Shown: in pieces, positions 45,991-56,624 of the stretch | Layout: each line of letters starts with the position of its first letter | How positions within the stretch are numbered: the stretch's first letter is position 1 | NCBI GenBank assembly: GCA_045863295.1 | Contig: BTWA01000016.1 | Coordinates: 67,480 to 131,479 of the forward strand | Direction of reading: 5' to 3' | Source of the DNA: Candidatus Hydrogenedentota bacterium | GTDB taxonomy: Bacteria > Hydrogenedentota > Hydrogenedentia > Hydrogenedentales > SLHB01 | DNA length: 64,000 nucleotides | The notes under the pieces: generated by a model | The model's database searches: none | What the model was told of the DNA's origin: nothing | What the model saw: only the letters and a program-made list of their open reading frames with translations | Translations under genes and position numbers: made by a program

Positions 45991-48624
45991 TCATTTTTTC
46001 CGCGGTTTTCCAATCATGTGCTTTAAGTGATACAGAAAGTCCAACGCTTCTCTGGGAGACAACGCGTCCAGGTCGGCGGCGTCGAGTTCCTGCTCCACTT
46101 TGCTCGGTTCGGGTTCGCTGGCGGGACCGAAAAGATACATTTGTTCGGGGAGCCCCACCATGCCGGGGTTCCCGGCTTCGAGTGATTCCATGATGAGGCG
46201 TGCGCGTTCGATCACGACAGGAGGCAATCCTGCCAATTTGGCTACCTGGATGCCGTAGCTGTGATCCGCGCCGCCATCGACGATGCGGTAGAGAAAGACG
46301 ACCTTGCCGCCCCACTCGCGCACGGCCACATTTACGTTCTTCACGTGTTCCAACCGATTCGCCAGATCGGTGAGTTCGTGGTAGTGCGTGGCGAACAGTG
46401 TCTTTGCACCAATTGTGTCGTGAATATGTTCGGCGACAGCCCATGCGATGCTGATACCGTCGAATGTGCTTGTGCCGCGGCCAATTTCGTCGAGCACGAT
46501 GAGGCTCTTGCGGGTGGCCATGTTCAGGATGGTCGCGGTTTCGATCATCTCGACCATAAAAGTGCTTTCGCCGCGCACGAGATTGTCCGACGCGCCGACC
46601 CGGGTGAAGATGCGGTCGACTACGCCCACTTGTGCACCGGCCGCGGGCACGTAGCTGCCAATCTGCGCCATCAGTGCAATTAGCGCCACCTGCCGTAGAT
46701 AGGTTGACTTGCCTGCCATATTCGGACCGGTCACGATGTGGAGGTTTGCCTTGGATTCGAGAAGGGTGTCGTTGGGAACGAAGTCTTTTCGCGACATGAG
46801 GTCTTCAACCACGGGGTGCCGGCCTTCACGAATACGTAATTCGTCGCCGTCGTGAACTTGGGGACGGGCGTACTGATTGCGGGATGCAGTCTCCGCAAGG
46901 GACAACAAGACATCAACGGTCGCCAGCGCATCCGCCGTGGCATGAATCCGCTTTGCCTGGGCGGAGACCCGATCGCGTAGCTCGACGAACAAGTCATACT
47001 CCAATTTACACATGCGTTCTTGTGCGGTAACGATTTCTTCTTCTCTCGATTTTAATGTGGGTGTGACGTAGCGTTCTGCGTTTACGAGGGTCTGTTTGCG
47101 CTCATAGTCCTCCGGTACCAGGTGGACGTTTCCTTTGCTGACTTCGATGAAGTAGCCAAAGACCTTGTTGTAGCCCACCTTGAGATTGGGGATGCCCGTG
47201 CGCGCGCTTTCGTCGCGCTGCAACTTGGCGATCCAATCCCGCCCGCCGCGGACCAGATCGCGCAATTCGTCGAGCGCCGCATCGTATCCATCGGCGATGA
47301 TGTTCCCGTCGTTGAGGCTGAGCGGCGGTTCCGCGACAATGGCGTTGGCAATCCAGGATCGGACGTCCTGGAGTTCATCCATGCCGCCCACCACATCGGC
47401 CAACATCGGCGATACCGCGTGGGCCAGCACGGCCTTCACTCCCGGCGTATGATCGAGCGAAGTGCCCAGGGCCTTCATATCACGTGGGCCGCCGGCACGG
47501 GCCGTAAGCCGGCCCATGAGCCGCTCCAAATCGGCCACGCCTTGCAATGCCTCGCGAAGGCGCATGCGGCGTTCGCCGTCGTTAAATAACTCTTCCACGG
47601 CGTCCAACCGGCGGCCGATTTCGTTGACATCCAACAGGGGATGCAGAATCCATTGGCGGATTTTGCGCCCACCCATGCTGGTCAAGGTCCGATCGATTAC
47701 GGAGAGGAGTGTGCCATGACGCTTCTTGTCGGCGAGGGATTCCACGAGTTCGAGATTGCGTTGCGTGTTTCCGTCGATTACGACGAAGTGGCCGGGATGA
47801 TATCGACGCGGAGGGCGCAGGTGCGGGACCGCGTCGCGCTGTGTGGACTTGACGTAGTGGAGCACAGCGCCGGCGCAGCCCAGGGCCTCGGATGCGTCGT
47901 CCAAGCCGAGGCCCTTTAGCGTGGCCAGACCGAACTGATCCAGCAGGGTATCCATGCCATACGCAGGATCGAATTCGTCGTCCATGCGTTCGGTGAACGA
48001 AACGCCGTGGAAGCGCTTGCGGATTCGATCGCCGCTGTCGCCAACGAGGCCTCCGGCGAATAGAACTTCGACGGGCGCCATGCGCGTCAGTTCGTCGGCG
48101 ATGGTGCGCTCGGCGTCGGTTTGCACTTCCGCGGCCAGGAATTCGCCGGTGGTGACATCGAGAAAGGCCATGCCGGCTCTGTCCCCTCGGACGGAAACAG
48201 CGGCAAGGTAGTTGTTTGTGCGCTCTTCGAGGAGGTTGGGCTCCATTATGGTGCCGGGAGTAATCGTGCGCGAGACGGCTCGCTTTACGACCCCCTTCGC
48301 GTCTTTCGGATCTTCCATCTGTTCGCAGATAGTGACTGTGCGACCGGCCTTCAACGCACGTGAAATGTAAGTCTCCACGGATCGTACTGGCACGCCCGCC
48401 ATGGGTACGGGATCTTCCTTGTCCGATCCGTCGCGTGACGTGAGGGTGATACCGAGGAGTTGCGAGGCTTCCACGGCGTCTTCGAAGAACAGCTCATAGA
48501 AGTCGCCCATGCGGAAAAAGAGGAGGGACTCGCCGCTCTCTGCTTTGGCTTCAAGGTATTGCCGAAGCATGGGCGTGAGTTTTGCCGTGTTGATATCGCT
48601 CAGTTTTTTCCAGGTGCGCGCCAT
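45991..48624 (-). CDS. mutS: DNA mismatch repair protein MutS (MutS1)
   Basis: TPMLRQY, FRMGDFYELF, TGPNMAGKSTY, GESTFMVEM, DEIGRGTST, SYGIQVA; clamp-binding-like QMYLF. Confidence 0.98.
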   Translation of the reverse strand: MARTWKKLSDINTAKLTPMLRQYLEAKAESGESLLFFRMGDFYELFFEDAVEASQLLGITLTSRDGSDKEDPVPMAGVPVRSVETYISRALKAGRTVTICEQMEDPKDAKGVVKRAVSRTITPGTIMEPNLLEERTNNYLAAVSVRGDRAGMAFLDVTTGEFLAAEVQTDAERTIADELTRMAPVEVLFAGGLVGDSGDRIRKRFHGVSFTERMDDEFDPAYGMDTLLDQFGLATLKGLGLDDASEALGCAGAVLHYVKSTQRDAVPHLRPPRRYHPGHFVVIDGNTQRNLELVESLADKKRHGTLLSVIDRTLTSMGGRKIRQWILHPLLDVNEIGRRLDAVEELFNDGERRMRLREALQGVADLERLMGRLTARAGGPRDMKALGTSLDHTPGVKAVLAHAVSPMLADVVGGMDELQDVRSWIANAIVAEPPLSLNDGNIIADGYDAALDELRDLVRGGRDWIAKLQRDESARTGIPNLKVGYNKVFGYFIEVSKGNVHLVPEDYERKQTLVNAERYVTPTLKSREEEIVTAQERMCKLEYDLFVELRDRVSAQAKRIHATADALATVDVLLSLAETASRNQYARPQVHDGDELRIREGRHPVVEDLMSRKDFVPNDTLLESKANLHIVTGPNMAGKSTYLRQVALIALMAQIGSYVPAAGAQVGVVDRIFTRVGASDNLVRGESTFMVEMIETATILNMATRKSLIVLDEIGRGTSTFDGISIAWAVAEHIHDTIGAKTLFATHYHELTDLANRLEHVKNVNVAVREWGGKVVFLYRIVDGGADHSYGIQVAKLAGLPPVVIERARLIMESLEAGNPGMVGLPEQMYLFGPASEPEPSKVEQELDAADLDALSPREALDFLYHLKHMIGKPRKK

Positions 48625-48630
48625 GAAATG

Positions 48631-48639
48631 AGTATAGCA
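48631..48639 (-). promoter_or_regulatory. Extended -10 promoter of mutS (leaderless geometry)
   Basis: Minus strand TGC-TATACT-CATTTC-ATG; no Shine-Dalgarno sequence. Confidence 0.6.
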
Positions 48640-48691
48640 AGCCGTCTTCGCGGACTCGACAAGCAGGCCAATCCGCGCGCCAAGTTGCGGG

Positions 48692-48732
48692 AAAAAAGAT
48701 GTCAGCGGCTCGATTGCGTCAAGCCGCTGACA
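48692..48732 (-). terminator. Intrinsic terminator of the ribosomal protein/alpha operon
   Basis: TGTCAGCGGCT/AGCCGCTGACA 11-bp stem followed by TCTTTTTT on the minus strand, after rplQ. Confidence 0.8.
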
Positions 48733-48759
48733 AGAGAGTTTGATTCAAAGGGGGCTGGA

Positions 48760-49134
48760 TTAGTCGGCGGAATACTCGCCGCGGCCGACCAACTCGATGC
48801 GGGCCATTTCGGCAGCATCGCCCAGCCGGTTGCCAAGGCGCAAGATGCGCGTGTAGCCGCCGGGACGTTCCTTGTAGGCCGGGGCAATTTCCGTGAACAG
48901 GCGCGTCACTACGTCGTTCTGGCGCAGGGCCGCGAACGCGAGGCGGCGGTTGGCCACCGTGTCTTGTTTGGCCAGCGTAATCAGCGGTTCAGCGAACTTG
49001 CGCAGTTCCTTTGATTTCGCCACGGTCGTTTCAATCGCGTCGTGAGTGAACAGCGCGATGGCGAGATTTTTCATGGTCGCCTTGCGGTGGGAGGTCGATC
49101 GTCCCAGGCGGCGTCCTTCTTTTCGATGTCTCAT
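48760..49134 (-). CDS. rplQ: 50S ribosomal protein L17
   Basis: [21 protein letters not shown]. Confidence 0.98.
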   Translation of the reverse strand: MRHRKEGRRLGRSTSHRKATMKNLAIALFTHDAIETTVAKSKELRKFAEPLITLAKQDTVANRRLAFAALRQNDVVTRLFTEIAPAYKERPGGYTRILRLGNRLGDAAEMARIELVGRGEYSAD

Positions 49135-49183
49135 GGTATGGCTACCTCGTTGCGTCCGGCCGGCGGCAATGGCCCGCCGCAGG

Positions 49184-50221
49184 TTACTCTTCTATGTCTT
49201 CGACTTCTTCGTCATCATCGTCGATGTGCATGGCGGCCAGGCTTGGAATCGGGCGGGGCGTGGCCGGGGCCGTCATGCCCAGGGACAAGCCCATCGGTTC
49301 CAGAATCGCCTTGATTTCGTCCAGCGATTTTTTTCCGAAATTATGAAAGCTCAGCATCTCGTTCTCGTTATACGAGACCAGATCGCCGATGGTCTTGATG
49401 CTTGCGGCCTTGAGGCAGTTTGCCGCGCGGACGCTCAATTCGAGCTCGTCCACGGAACGGGCAAAGGTGCGGGCCATTTCGGGATCTTCGGCGAGATTCG
49501 GCAGTTTGGATGCGCTGTCTTCGGCGCTTTCCTGCTTCACGAAAATCCGAAGGTGGTCCACAATCAATTCCGCGGCTTCCTGAACCGCCAGATCCGGCGT
49601 GATGGAGCCGTTGGTCCACACGTCCAGGATTAAGCGGTCATAGTCGGTCCGTTGGCCCACGCGCGCATCTTCCACCAGGAAGTTCACGCGGGTCACGGGC
49701 GAGAAGTTCGCGTCCAGGTAAATGGTGCCCAAGGGGGCGTGTTCCAGTTCAAAGTGTTCCGCCGTCACGTAACCGCGACCACGGGCCACCTTGATTTCCA
49801 TTTCAACCAGGGCAGAAGCCGCCGTGCACGTGAAGACCACATGGTCAGGGTTGAACACGTCGACATCCTGGCTCTTAAAAATTTCGCCCACCGTCACAGG
49901 GCCATCGCCCTTGTGTTTGAACGAGAAAATCAAAGGCTCTTCGCGGTTCAACCGCAATTCGCACTTTTTGAAATTCAACACAATGTCGGTCACGTCTTCC
50001 CGCACATTCGGGATGGCCGAAAACTCGTGTTGAACGTTTTCCGCGCGGATTGCCGTAACCGCTGAACCTTCCAGCGATGCCAGCAATACACGGCGGAGGG
50101 CGTTGCCAATGGTCGTGCCATAGCCGCGCTCAAAAGGTTCGATGACAAAGCGCGCAAACTTCGCGGTTGCGCCGTCCTGCATATTTTTCCATTTCGGAAC
50201 TACAAACTCTTTCGCGATCAT
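49184..50221 (-). CDS. rpoA: RNA polymerase alpha subunit
   Basis: [48 protein letters not shown]. Confidence 0.98.
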   Translation of the reverse strand: MIAKEFVVPKWKNMQDGATAKFARFVIEPFERGYGTTIGNALRRVLLASLEGSAVTAIRAENVQHEFSAIPNVREDVTDIVLNFKKCELRLNREEPLIFSFKHKGDGPVTVGEIFKSQDVDVFNPDHVVFTCTAASALVEMEIKVARGRGYVTAEHFELEHAPLGTIYLDANFSPVTRVNFLVEDARVGQRTDYDRLILDVWTNGSITPDLAVQEAAELIVDHLRIFVKQESAEDSASKLPNLAEDPEMARTFARSVDELELSVRAANCLKAASIKTIGDLVSYNENEMLSFHNFGKKSLDEIKAILEPMGLSLGMTAPATPRPIPSLAAMHIDDDDEEVEDIEE

Positions 50222-50317
50222 CCGTATATGTCTCCTACGCCTGGGCCTTGCTGCCTGGCGTTAGGCCGTCCGTTCAAGCCACTCTGCCTTGGACCAACCC
50301 TGCCGATAAAAAGGGCA

Positions 50318-50716
50318 TTACACCCGGCGCCGCTTCGGGGGGCGGCAACCGTTGTGCGGAATGCTTGTCACATCGCGGATCAGCGTAACATCCAAACCGA
50401 CCGCCTGTATCGCTCTGATGGCCGACTCTCGCCCTGCGCCCGGTCCGTTTACGTGGACGCGCACTTCGCGCAGACCCAATTCCATCGCTTTCTTCGCGGC
50501 GGCTTCGGCGGCCACTTGCGCCGCAAAGGCCGTGCTCTTTCGCGAGCCCACGAAACCGCATTGCCCAGCACTTGACCAGGACACGATATTGCCGTGCGTA
50601 TCCGCGATCGACACGATCGTGTTGTTGAATGTCGCCTGAATGTGGGCAACCCCGGTCGTCGTGTTTAGCGATGTCCGTTTCTTCTTGCCCTTGGCTTTAC
50701 GCTTTTCTTTGGCCAC
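50318..50716 (-). CDS. rpsK: 30S ribosomal protein S11
   Basis: [32 protein letters not shown]. Confidence 0.98.
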   Translation of the reverse strand: MAKEKRKAKGKKKRTSLNTTTGVAHIQATFNNTIVSIADTHGNIVSWSSAGQCGFVGSRKSTAFAAQVAAEAAAKKAMELGLREVRVHVNGPGAGRESAIRAIQAVGLDVTLIRDVTSIPHNGCRPPKRRRV

Positions 50717-50798
50717 CTCGCCTTACCTCCTGAAATCGCGCATCATGGCCGCGCCCGCGTCCGCACGGCAGAATGCCGGCGGCGCCGCGAACCGGCGG

Positions 50799-51164
50799 TT
50801 ATTTCTTCTTGATCGCCGCGCCGCGCGGACCTTTCCGTGTGCGGGCGTTCGTCGATGTCCGTTGTCCGCGAACTGGAAGTCCGCGCTTGTGGCGCAACCC
50901 GCGGTAGCAGTTGATGTCCATCAACCGCTTCACGTTGGATTGCACTTCACGGCGCAGATCGCCTTCCACCGCGTATTTCGTCTGAATCAACGTCGTCAAA
51001 CGACTGACTTCTTCATCCGTCAGGTCGCGCACCCGCGTATTCGGATTGATCCCCGTCTCGCGCAAGACTTCTTTTGCGCGAAACGGCCCAATGCCGTAAA
51101 TGTACTGCAGGCCCGCTTCCACCCGCTTTTCTCGCGGAAGGTCTACACCAATCACACGTGCCAT
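50799..51164 (-). CDS. rpsM: 30S ribosomal protein S13
   Basis: [33 protein letters not shown]. Confidence 0.98.
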   Translation of the reverse strand: MARVIGVDLPREKRVEAGLQYIYGIGPFRAKEVLRETGINPNTRVRDLTDEEVSRLTTLIQTKYAVEGDLRREVQSNVKRLMDINCYRGLRHKRGLPVRGQRTSTNARTRKGPRGAAIKKK

Positions 51165-51234
51165 CGGCTCGTCACTCCTATGCGCGGCGTATTACCAACC
51201 GGATTCGTCCGGCTGTGCCGCCGCGCGCCATGCC

Positions 51235-51348
51235 TTATCCCTGCCGCTGCTTGTGGCGCGGGTTTTCGCAAATTACTCGAATCCGGCCGTGCCGCCGGAT
51301 AATCTTGCACTTTTCGCAAATCTTCTTTACCGAACTGCGGACTTTCAT
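51235..51348 (-). CDS. rpmJ: 50S ribosomal protein L36 (Zn-binding type)
   Basis: Below the ORF-track cutoff; manual translation [37 protein letters not shown]. Confidence 0.97.
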   Translation of the reverse strand: MKVRSSVKKICEKCKIIRRHGRIRVICENPRHKQRQG

Positions 51349-51432
51349 CTCACCACTCCAAAAGATCTTGACCGACCCGCCGCATCCGGCGGGAAGCCTG
51401 GTTGCATGCGCTATGGCTCTTCGTCCGCTGCG

Positions 51433-51651
51433 TTACTTGTAGCGGTACGTGATCCGGCCGCGCGTCAAATCGTACGGAGACATCTCCAATTTCACCCGGT
51501 CTCCCGGAAGTATCCGGATGAAGTTCATCCGCATCTTGCCGGAGATATGCGCCAAGACCTTATGCCCGTTCTGGAGTTCAACCCGGAACATGGCATTCGG
51601 TAATGGCTCTATCACCGTACCTTCGACTTCAATCGCTTGTTCTTTTTGCAT
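51433..51651 (-). CDS. infA: Translation initiation factor IF-1
   Basis: [27 protein letters not shown]. Confidence 0.98.
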   Translation of the reverse strand: MQKEQAIEVEGTVIEPLPNAMFRVELQNGHKVLAHISGKMRMNFIRILPGDRVKLEMSPYDLTRGRITYRYK

Positions 51652-51686
51652 ACGCTTTCACTGCAAGATCGCCCAAACCACCGGGG

Positions 51687-52463
51687 TCAACTGGTGCGCT
51701 GACCCCAGACCAGCTTCGGCGTCCGCGACAGTATCTCGCCCCCGTGCTCGCGCACGGCTACGCTGTGCTCAAAATGAGCGCTCGGTTTTCCGTCGGCAGT
51801 TACCGCCGTCCAACCATCATCCAGCATGCGCACGCGGTGCGTGCCCATGTTAATCATCGGCTCTATGGCCAGCACCATGCCGGCCCGTAACCGGGGGCCG
51901 CGTTCGCGTGTCACATAGTTTGGAATTTGCGGATCCTCGTGAAGCCGCGTTCCAATCCCATGGCCCACAAACTGGCGAACCACCGAAAAACCGGCAGCTT
52001 CGCATGTCGTTTGCACGGCACGGCCAATCTCAACCAGAAAATTGCCTGCTTTCGCGGCGGCAACCGCCCGCGAAAGGGCCAAATCCGTTACTTCCATGAG
52101 GCGACGGCGATCTTCGTCCACTTCGCCGCACGCCACCGTTATCGCCGCATCGCCGTGATATCCACGGTAGTGGACGCCCACGTCAATGCTCACAATTTCG
52201 CCGGCCTTCAATTTGCGCTTCCCCGGAATCCCGTGAATGATCTCGGATTCCACGGAGATGCACGTACTTTTGGGGTAATTCTGGTACCCCAGAAACGACG
52301 GCTTTCCGCCCAACTCGCGTATCATCGCATCGGCTTGAGCGTCAAGTTCGCCGGTTGAAACACCCGGCTCCACGCGGTTCACCAAGGTGGCCAGTACTTC
52401 CGCCACCATCTGGTCAGCTTCGCGAAGAACCGATATCTCGTCTTCGGATCGAACCGCTATCAC
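51687..52463 (-). CDS. map: Methionine aminopeptidase type I
   Basis: IIHGIP, IDVG, GDAA, GHGIG, HEDP, AIEPM, SAHFEHSV; GTG start overlapping the adk stop. Confidence 0.97.
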   Translation of the reverse strand: MIAVRSEDEISVLREADQMVAEVLATLVNRVEPGVSTGELDAQADAMIRELGGKPSFLGYQNYPKSTCISVESEIIHGIPGKRKLKAGEIVSIDVGVHYRGYHGDAAITVACGEVDEDRRRLMEVTDLALSRAVAAAKAGNFLVEIGRAVQTTCEAAGFSVVRQFVGHGIGTRLHEDPQIPNYVTRERGPRLRAGMVLAIEPMINMGTHRVRMLDDGWTAVTADGKPSAHFEHSVAVREHGGEILSRTPKLVWGQRTS

Positions 52464-53140
52464 GATGCCTCCGAAACGCTTACCGTGGACAAAACCTCGC
52501 CCACCAACCGGCAAATCGCATCCGGCGACAATCCGGCGCTTTGCACGGCGCGAAGACAACCCCGTTCACGGTAATACCGTATGAGCGGTTCGGTCATTTT
52601 GTGATACACCTCCAGCCGGTGCCGGATGGTGACTTCATTGTCATCCGCTCGTTGAACGAGTTCGCCGCCGCATCCCGATCGATCGCAGGTGCGGCCATTT
52701 CCTGCCGGTCGCAACATTAAACTGTATATCGACCCGCACACGGGGCAAACGCGCCGTGCGCTGAGCCGTTCGATGATTTCCTCATCGGGCACTTCGAGAT
52801 CGAGCACCACGTCTATCCGGTCGCCCCGCTCGTGCTGTAGCCGTTCCAGCTCCATAGCTTGAGGCGCCGTCCGCGGAAAGCCATCCAGTATATATCCTCG
52901 GGCACAATCCGGTTCCGACAGCCGCAACGCCACAACCGTGCACGTCAAGGCATCGGGAACGAGCGATCCACTCTCCATATAGGGCCGAATCTGGCGGCCA
53001 AGCTCCGTGTCTTGCTCAAGATGCCGGCGGAAGATATCTCCCGTCGATATGTGGGGAATACCCCACGTTTTCTCAATGCACTTCGCTTGGGTGCCTTTTC
53101 CCGATCCTGGCGCTCCCAATATGACAATTCGCAGGCCCAC
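52460..53140 (-). CDS. adk: Adenylate kinase
   Basis: GAPGSGKGTQ, HISTGD, LDGFPRT, Cys-containing LID domain, QRADD. Confidence 0.97.
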   Translation of the reverse strand: MGLRIVILGAPGSGKGTQAKCIEKTWGIPHISTGDIFRRHLEQDTELGRQIRPYMESGSLVPDALTCTVVALRLSEPDCARGYILDGFPRTAPQAMELERLQHERGDRIDVVLDLEVPDEEIIERLSARRVCPVCGSIYSLMLRPAGNGRTCDRSGCGGELVQRADDNEVTIRHRLEVYHKMTEPLIRYYRERGCLRAVQSAGLSPDAICRLVGEVLSTVSVSEAS

Positions 53141-53215
53141 CGCTTACAACCCCACGGGACAGCCAACGCGGTCCCAATCCCAACACCCGCCGGACTTCGG
53201 TTGGTCCGGCTTGTA

Positions 53216-54550
53216 CTACCGGCGGCGTGAACGCATCGGCCTTCCACCCATAAACCCATCGTAATTCCGCATGGTCAAATGAGTTTCAATCTGCCGTACC
53301 GTGTCCAACGCCACCCCAACAAGAATCAAGAGACTCGTGCCGCCGAAAAACTGCGTCACGCGCGGATCAAGCCTCATGAACATGTAAATCAAATGGGGGA
53401 AGAGGGCCACAAGCGCCAGGCTGAACGCACCTACAAACGTGATGCGCGTCATTACCTTGTTCAAGTATTCCGCGGTCTGACGGCCCGGGCGCACGCCCAT
53501 GACCACCGCGCCATATTTCTTCAAGTTATCGGCCATTTCAATGGGGTTAAACGTGATGGCCGTATAGAAGAAGCAGAAGAACACGATCATGCCGGCGTAC
53601 ACCAGGTTGTACAGAAGCCCATTGTAGTTAAACCAGACCTGGAAAAAGCTTTCCACGGACGGGTTCGACAGGCTTTGGGCAATCATACCGGGAATCATCA
53701 AAATCGAACTCGCGAAAATGATCGGAATCACACCGGCCTGATTTACGCGCAACGGAAGGTAATCCCGTTGGCCCATGCTCATCCGGTTGCCGCGCATCTG
53801 CCGGGGGTACTGCACCGGCACACGCCTCGTGCCTACGGTTAACAGAATCACGCCGGCCACCACGAGGCACAATACAAGGAACATGATGCCAATGGCGATA
53901 ACGGACAGTTCATCGTTGCGGAACATGCTCCAGAGCGAACGCAATGCACTCGGCATGTCGGATGCAATGCTTGTGAAGATAATCAGCGAGATGCCGTTGC
54001 CGATACCGAATTCACTGATCTGCTCGCCCACCCACATCAGGAACAGGGTTCCGGTTGTGAAGGAAACGATGCAAATGAAATAGAACAACAGACCCGGATT
54101 CGGCACGATGGGCGCCCCGGTGGTCGAGCCGGACGAAAGGTAATAGGCATATCCAATTGACTGCACAATGCACAGCGCAATGGTGCCATACCGTGTCCAT
54201 TCATTGATCTTTCGCTGAAACTCCGCGCCACCTTCCTTATGCATCTTTTCAAGGGCCGGCACCACCGGAATCAACAATTGTAGAATAATCGAGGCGCTAA
54301 TGTAAGGCATGATGCCCAGGGCCAGAATCGTTGCCTGGGAAAACGCGCCGCCCGTGAACATATCGTAAAAGCTCAACAGGCCGCCGCCCAAATCTTTCAT
54401 TGCCGCCGACAAGGCCGCGCCGTCCACACCCGGCGTCGGGATGTGCGCACCCAACCGATACACGGCGAGCATTACCAGCGAAAATACGATTCGCTGGCGC
54501 AACTCGGGTATCTTGAAGGCATTGCGAAAGGCCTCGATCGGTTTCGACAC
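53216..54550 (-). CDS. secY: Preprotein translocase subunit SecY
   Basis: LGIMPYISASII, GIGNGISLII, AGVIPIIFA, GGTSLLI. Confidence 0.98.
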   Translation of the reverse strand: MSKPIEAFRNAFKIPELRQRIVFSLVMLAVYRLGAHIPTPGVDGAALSAAMKDLGGGLLSFYDMFTGGAFSQATILALGIMPYISASIILQLLIPVVPALEKMHKEGGAEFQRKINEWTRYGTIALCIVQSIGYAYYLSSGSTTGAPIVPNPGLLFYFICIVSFTTGTLFLMWVGEQISEFGIGNGISLIIFTSIASDMPSALRSLWSMFRNDELSVIAIGIMFLVLCLVVAGVILLTVGTRRVPVQYPRQMRGNRMSMGQRDYLPLRVNQAGVIPIIFASSILMIPGMIAQSLSNPSVESFFQVWFNYNGLLYNLVYAGMIVFFCFFYTAITFNPIEMADNLKKYGAVVMGVRPGRQTAEYLNKVMTRITFVGAFSLALVALFPHLIYMFMRLDPRVTQFFGGTSLLILVGVALDTVRQIETHLTMRNYDGFMGGRPMRSRRR

Positions 54551-54553
54551 CGG

Positions 54554-55030
54554 TTATCCCTCCTGGCCGGACTCGGCGCCCGGAGCCGGAATCAGCGTAA
54601 TGGAGCCGCCCGCCGCTTCGATTTTCTGGCGCGCGCCCGCGCTCACCGAATGCGCGATGACCACCAGCTTCTTCGTGAGGTCGCCGCGGCCAAGCACCTT
54701 CAAACCGCCTGGCGCCACTTCGGCCAAGCCGGCTTCCACTACGGATGCCAAGGTGACTTCCGCGCCGGAATCAAAGTTGTTCTCCAACAGGTCCACGTTC
54801 ACCGCCGCGAACGGGTGGCGCTTTGAATGATTGAAGCCCACCTTGGGTAGACGGCGTGCCAAAGGGGTCTGACCGCCTTCAAACGAAGGACGGCGTTTCG
54901 ACCCGGAGCGGGCCTTGAACCCTTTGTGGCCGCGGCACGAAGTCTTGCCGTGACCCGAGGAAGGACCCCGGCCGACCCGCTTCCGTTTCTTTCGCGCGCC
55001 CGTTGTGGACGTAAGCGAATGCAATTCCAT
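54554..55030 (-). CDS. rplO: 50S ribosomal protein L15
   Basis: RVGRGPSSGHGKT, FEGGQTPL; start MELHSL. Confidence 0.98.
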   Translation of the reverse strand: MELHSLTSTTGARKKRKRVGRGPSSGHGKTSCRGHKGFKARSGSKRRPSFEGGQTPLARRLPKVGFNHSKRHPFAAVNVDLLENNFDSGAEVTLASVVEAGLAEVAPGGLKVLGRGDLTKKLVVIAHSVSAGARQKIEAAGGSITLIPAPGAESGQEG

Positions 55031-55062
55031 GACGACTATCTTCCTTCCCACCACAGGGGCGA

Positions 55063-55617
55063 TTAGAGCACTTCACTGACCGAAAGGCCGCGCATCTCGG
55101 CGATGGATTCCGCCGTTTTCAACTGGCGCAATCCGTCGATAGTGGCCCAGACCACATTGGTCGCGTTGTTGGATCCCAGCGACTTCGTAAGAATGTTGTG
55201 GTATCCCGCCGCTTCAAGCACGGCACGCACGGCACCGCCGGCCACTACGCCCGTACCCAGGCTGGCGGGTTTCAGCAGCACGCGGGCTGAACCCGAACGG
55301 CCGATCACATCGTGCGGAACCGTCGTGCTGACAATGGCCACGTCGGTCATGGTCTTCTTGGCCCGCTCGATCGCCTTGCGGATGGCGTCTGGCACTTCAC
55401 GTGCTTTTCCCATGGCCGCGCCGACACGCCCTTTTCCGTCTCCGACCACGACAATGGCGCTGAAACGGAAGTTGCGGCCGCCTTTTACCACTTTGGAGAC
55501 GCGGTAGATCTTTACCACGTTTTCAATGAAGTGGGATTCGTGACTTTCGGCGCGCGGGCGGCGTTCGCCGCGCGGTTCCCGCTTGCTTTCTGTTGGTGCC
55601 GATGTGCTCAACGTCAT
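55063..55617 (-). CDS. rpsE: 30S ribosomal protein S5
   Basis: [28 protein letters not shown]. Confidence 0.98.
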   Translation of the reverse strand: MTLSTSAPTESKREPRGERRPRAESHESHFIENVVKIYRVSKVVKGGRNFRFSAIVVVGDGKGRVGAAMGKAREVPDAIRKAIERAKKTMTDVAIVSTTVPHDVIGRSGSARVLLKPASLGTGVVAGGAVRAVLEAAGYHNILTKSLGSNNATNVVWATIDGLRQLKTAESIAEMRGLSVSEVL

Positions 55618-55647
55618 CTCTCCAGGCGAACGCTGTCGCCGCCGTCG

Positions 55648-56001
55648 TTAAAATTCCAGACCCGCTTCCCGGGCCGCTTCCGCAAGAGCTTTTACACGCC
55701 CGTGATACAGGCGTCCATTCCGATCGAAGCATACCGCTTTAACGGATGCCGCGATCGCCTTTTCGGCCAGTTCCTTGCCCACCGATTTTGCGGCGTTCAT
55801 GTTCCCGCCCGTTATTTTCAACGAAACCGAGGAGGCCGAAGCCACCGTCTTGCCCGTCGAATCGTCCACAATCTGCGCGTAGATGTGGTTCAATGATCGG
55901 TAAACCGTCAAGCGTGGACGTTCCGGCGTTCCCGTTACTTTTTTGCGAACCCGCATCTTGCGCCGGCTCAGCCGCTCTGCTTTTATCTTGTCAATACCCA
56001 T
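55648..56001 (-). CDS. rplR: 50S ribosomal protein L18
   Basis: [28 protein letters not shown]. Confidence 0.98.
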   Translation of the reverse strand: MGIDKIKAERLSRRKMRVRKKVTGTPERPRLTVYRSLNHIYAQIVDDSTGKTVASASSVSLKITGGNMNAAKSVGKELAEKAIAASVKAVCFDRNGRLYHGRVKALAEAAREAGLEF

Positions 56002-56034
56002 GATGTCCTGTCTCCACCGGATCGCCGGTCCGCG

Positions 56035-56574
56035 TTACTTGCCCGCGGCCTTGCCCGCCTTGCGGCGAATCGTTTCATTGTCGTACTTGATGCCTTTGCC
56101 CTTGTACGGCTCTGGCTTGCGCAGGCTGCGGATGTCGGCTGCAATCTGGCCCACCGCCGCCTTGTCGATGCCGGAAATCTTGATCGTTTGCGTGCCATCC
56201 ACCGCGAACGCGATGCCCTTGGGCGGTTCGACTGTAATCGGATGGCTGTATCCGAGCGACAAATTGAGCGTCGTGCCCTGGAGCGCGGCGCGGTAACCCA
56301 CGCCGTTGATCACCAGTGTCCGCTCGAACCCTTCGGTCACGCCACGAACCATGTTATTGATCAATGCGCGCGTCAGGCCGTGCAACGCTCGAACCGCCGG
56401 CCGGTTGTTCGGCCTCGTCACGGCGATTTCGTTGTTTTCAATTTTTACATCCACATCCGGGTGAAAGGTCTGGGTCAATGTGCCCTTCGGGCCTGTGACC
56501 GTGAGCGTGCGGCCCTTCAAGTCGCACTTCACCCCGCTGGGAATTGTTACCGGCAGTTTGCCTACCCTTGACAC
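56035..56574 (-). CDS. rplF: 50S ribosomal protein L6
   Basis: MSRVGKLP, GVGYRA, PEPYKGKG. Confidence 0.98.
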   Translation of the reverse strand: MSRVGKLPVTIPSGVKCDLKGRTLTVTGPKGTLTQTFHPDVDVKIENNEIAVTRPNNRPAVRALHGLTRALINNMVRGVTEGFERTLVINGVGYRAALQGTTLNLSLGYSHPITVEPPKGIAFAVDGTQTIKISGIDKAAVGQIAADIRSLRKPEPYKGKGIKYDNETIRRKAGKAAGK

Positions 56575-56624
56575 AGTTTCCGTTCCTTATTGATTCGAAC
56601 GCGCCAACCGGCGGTTCGCCGTCG

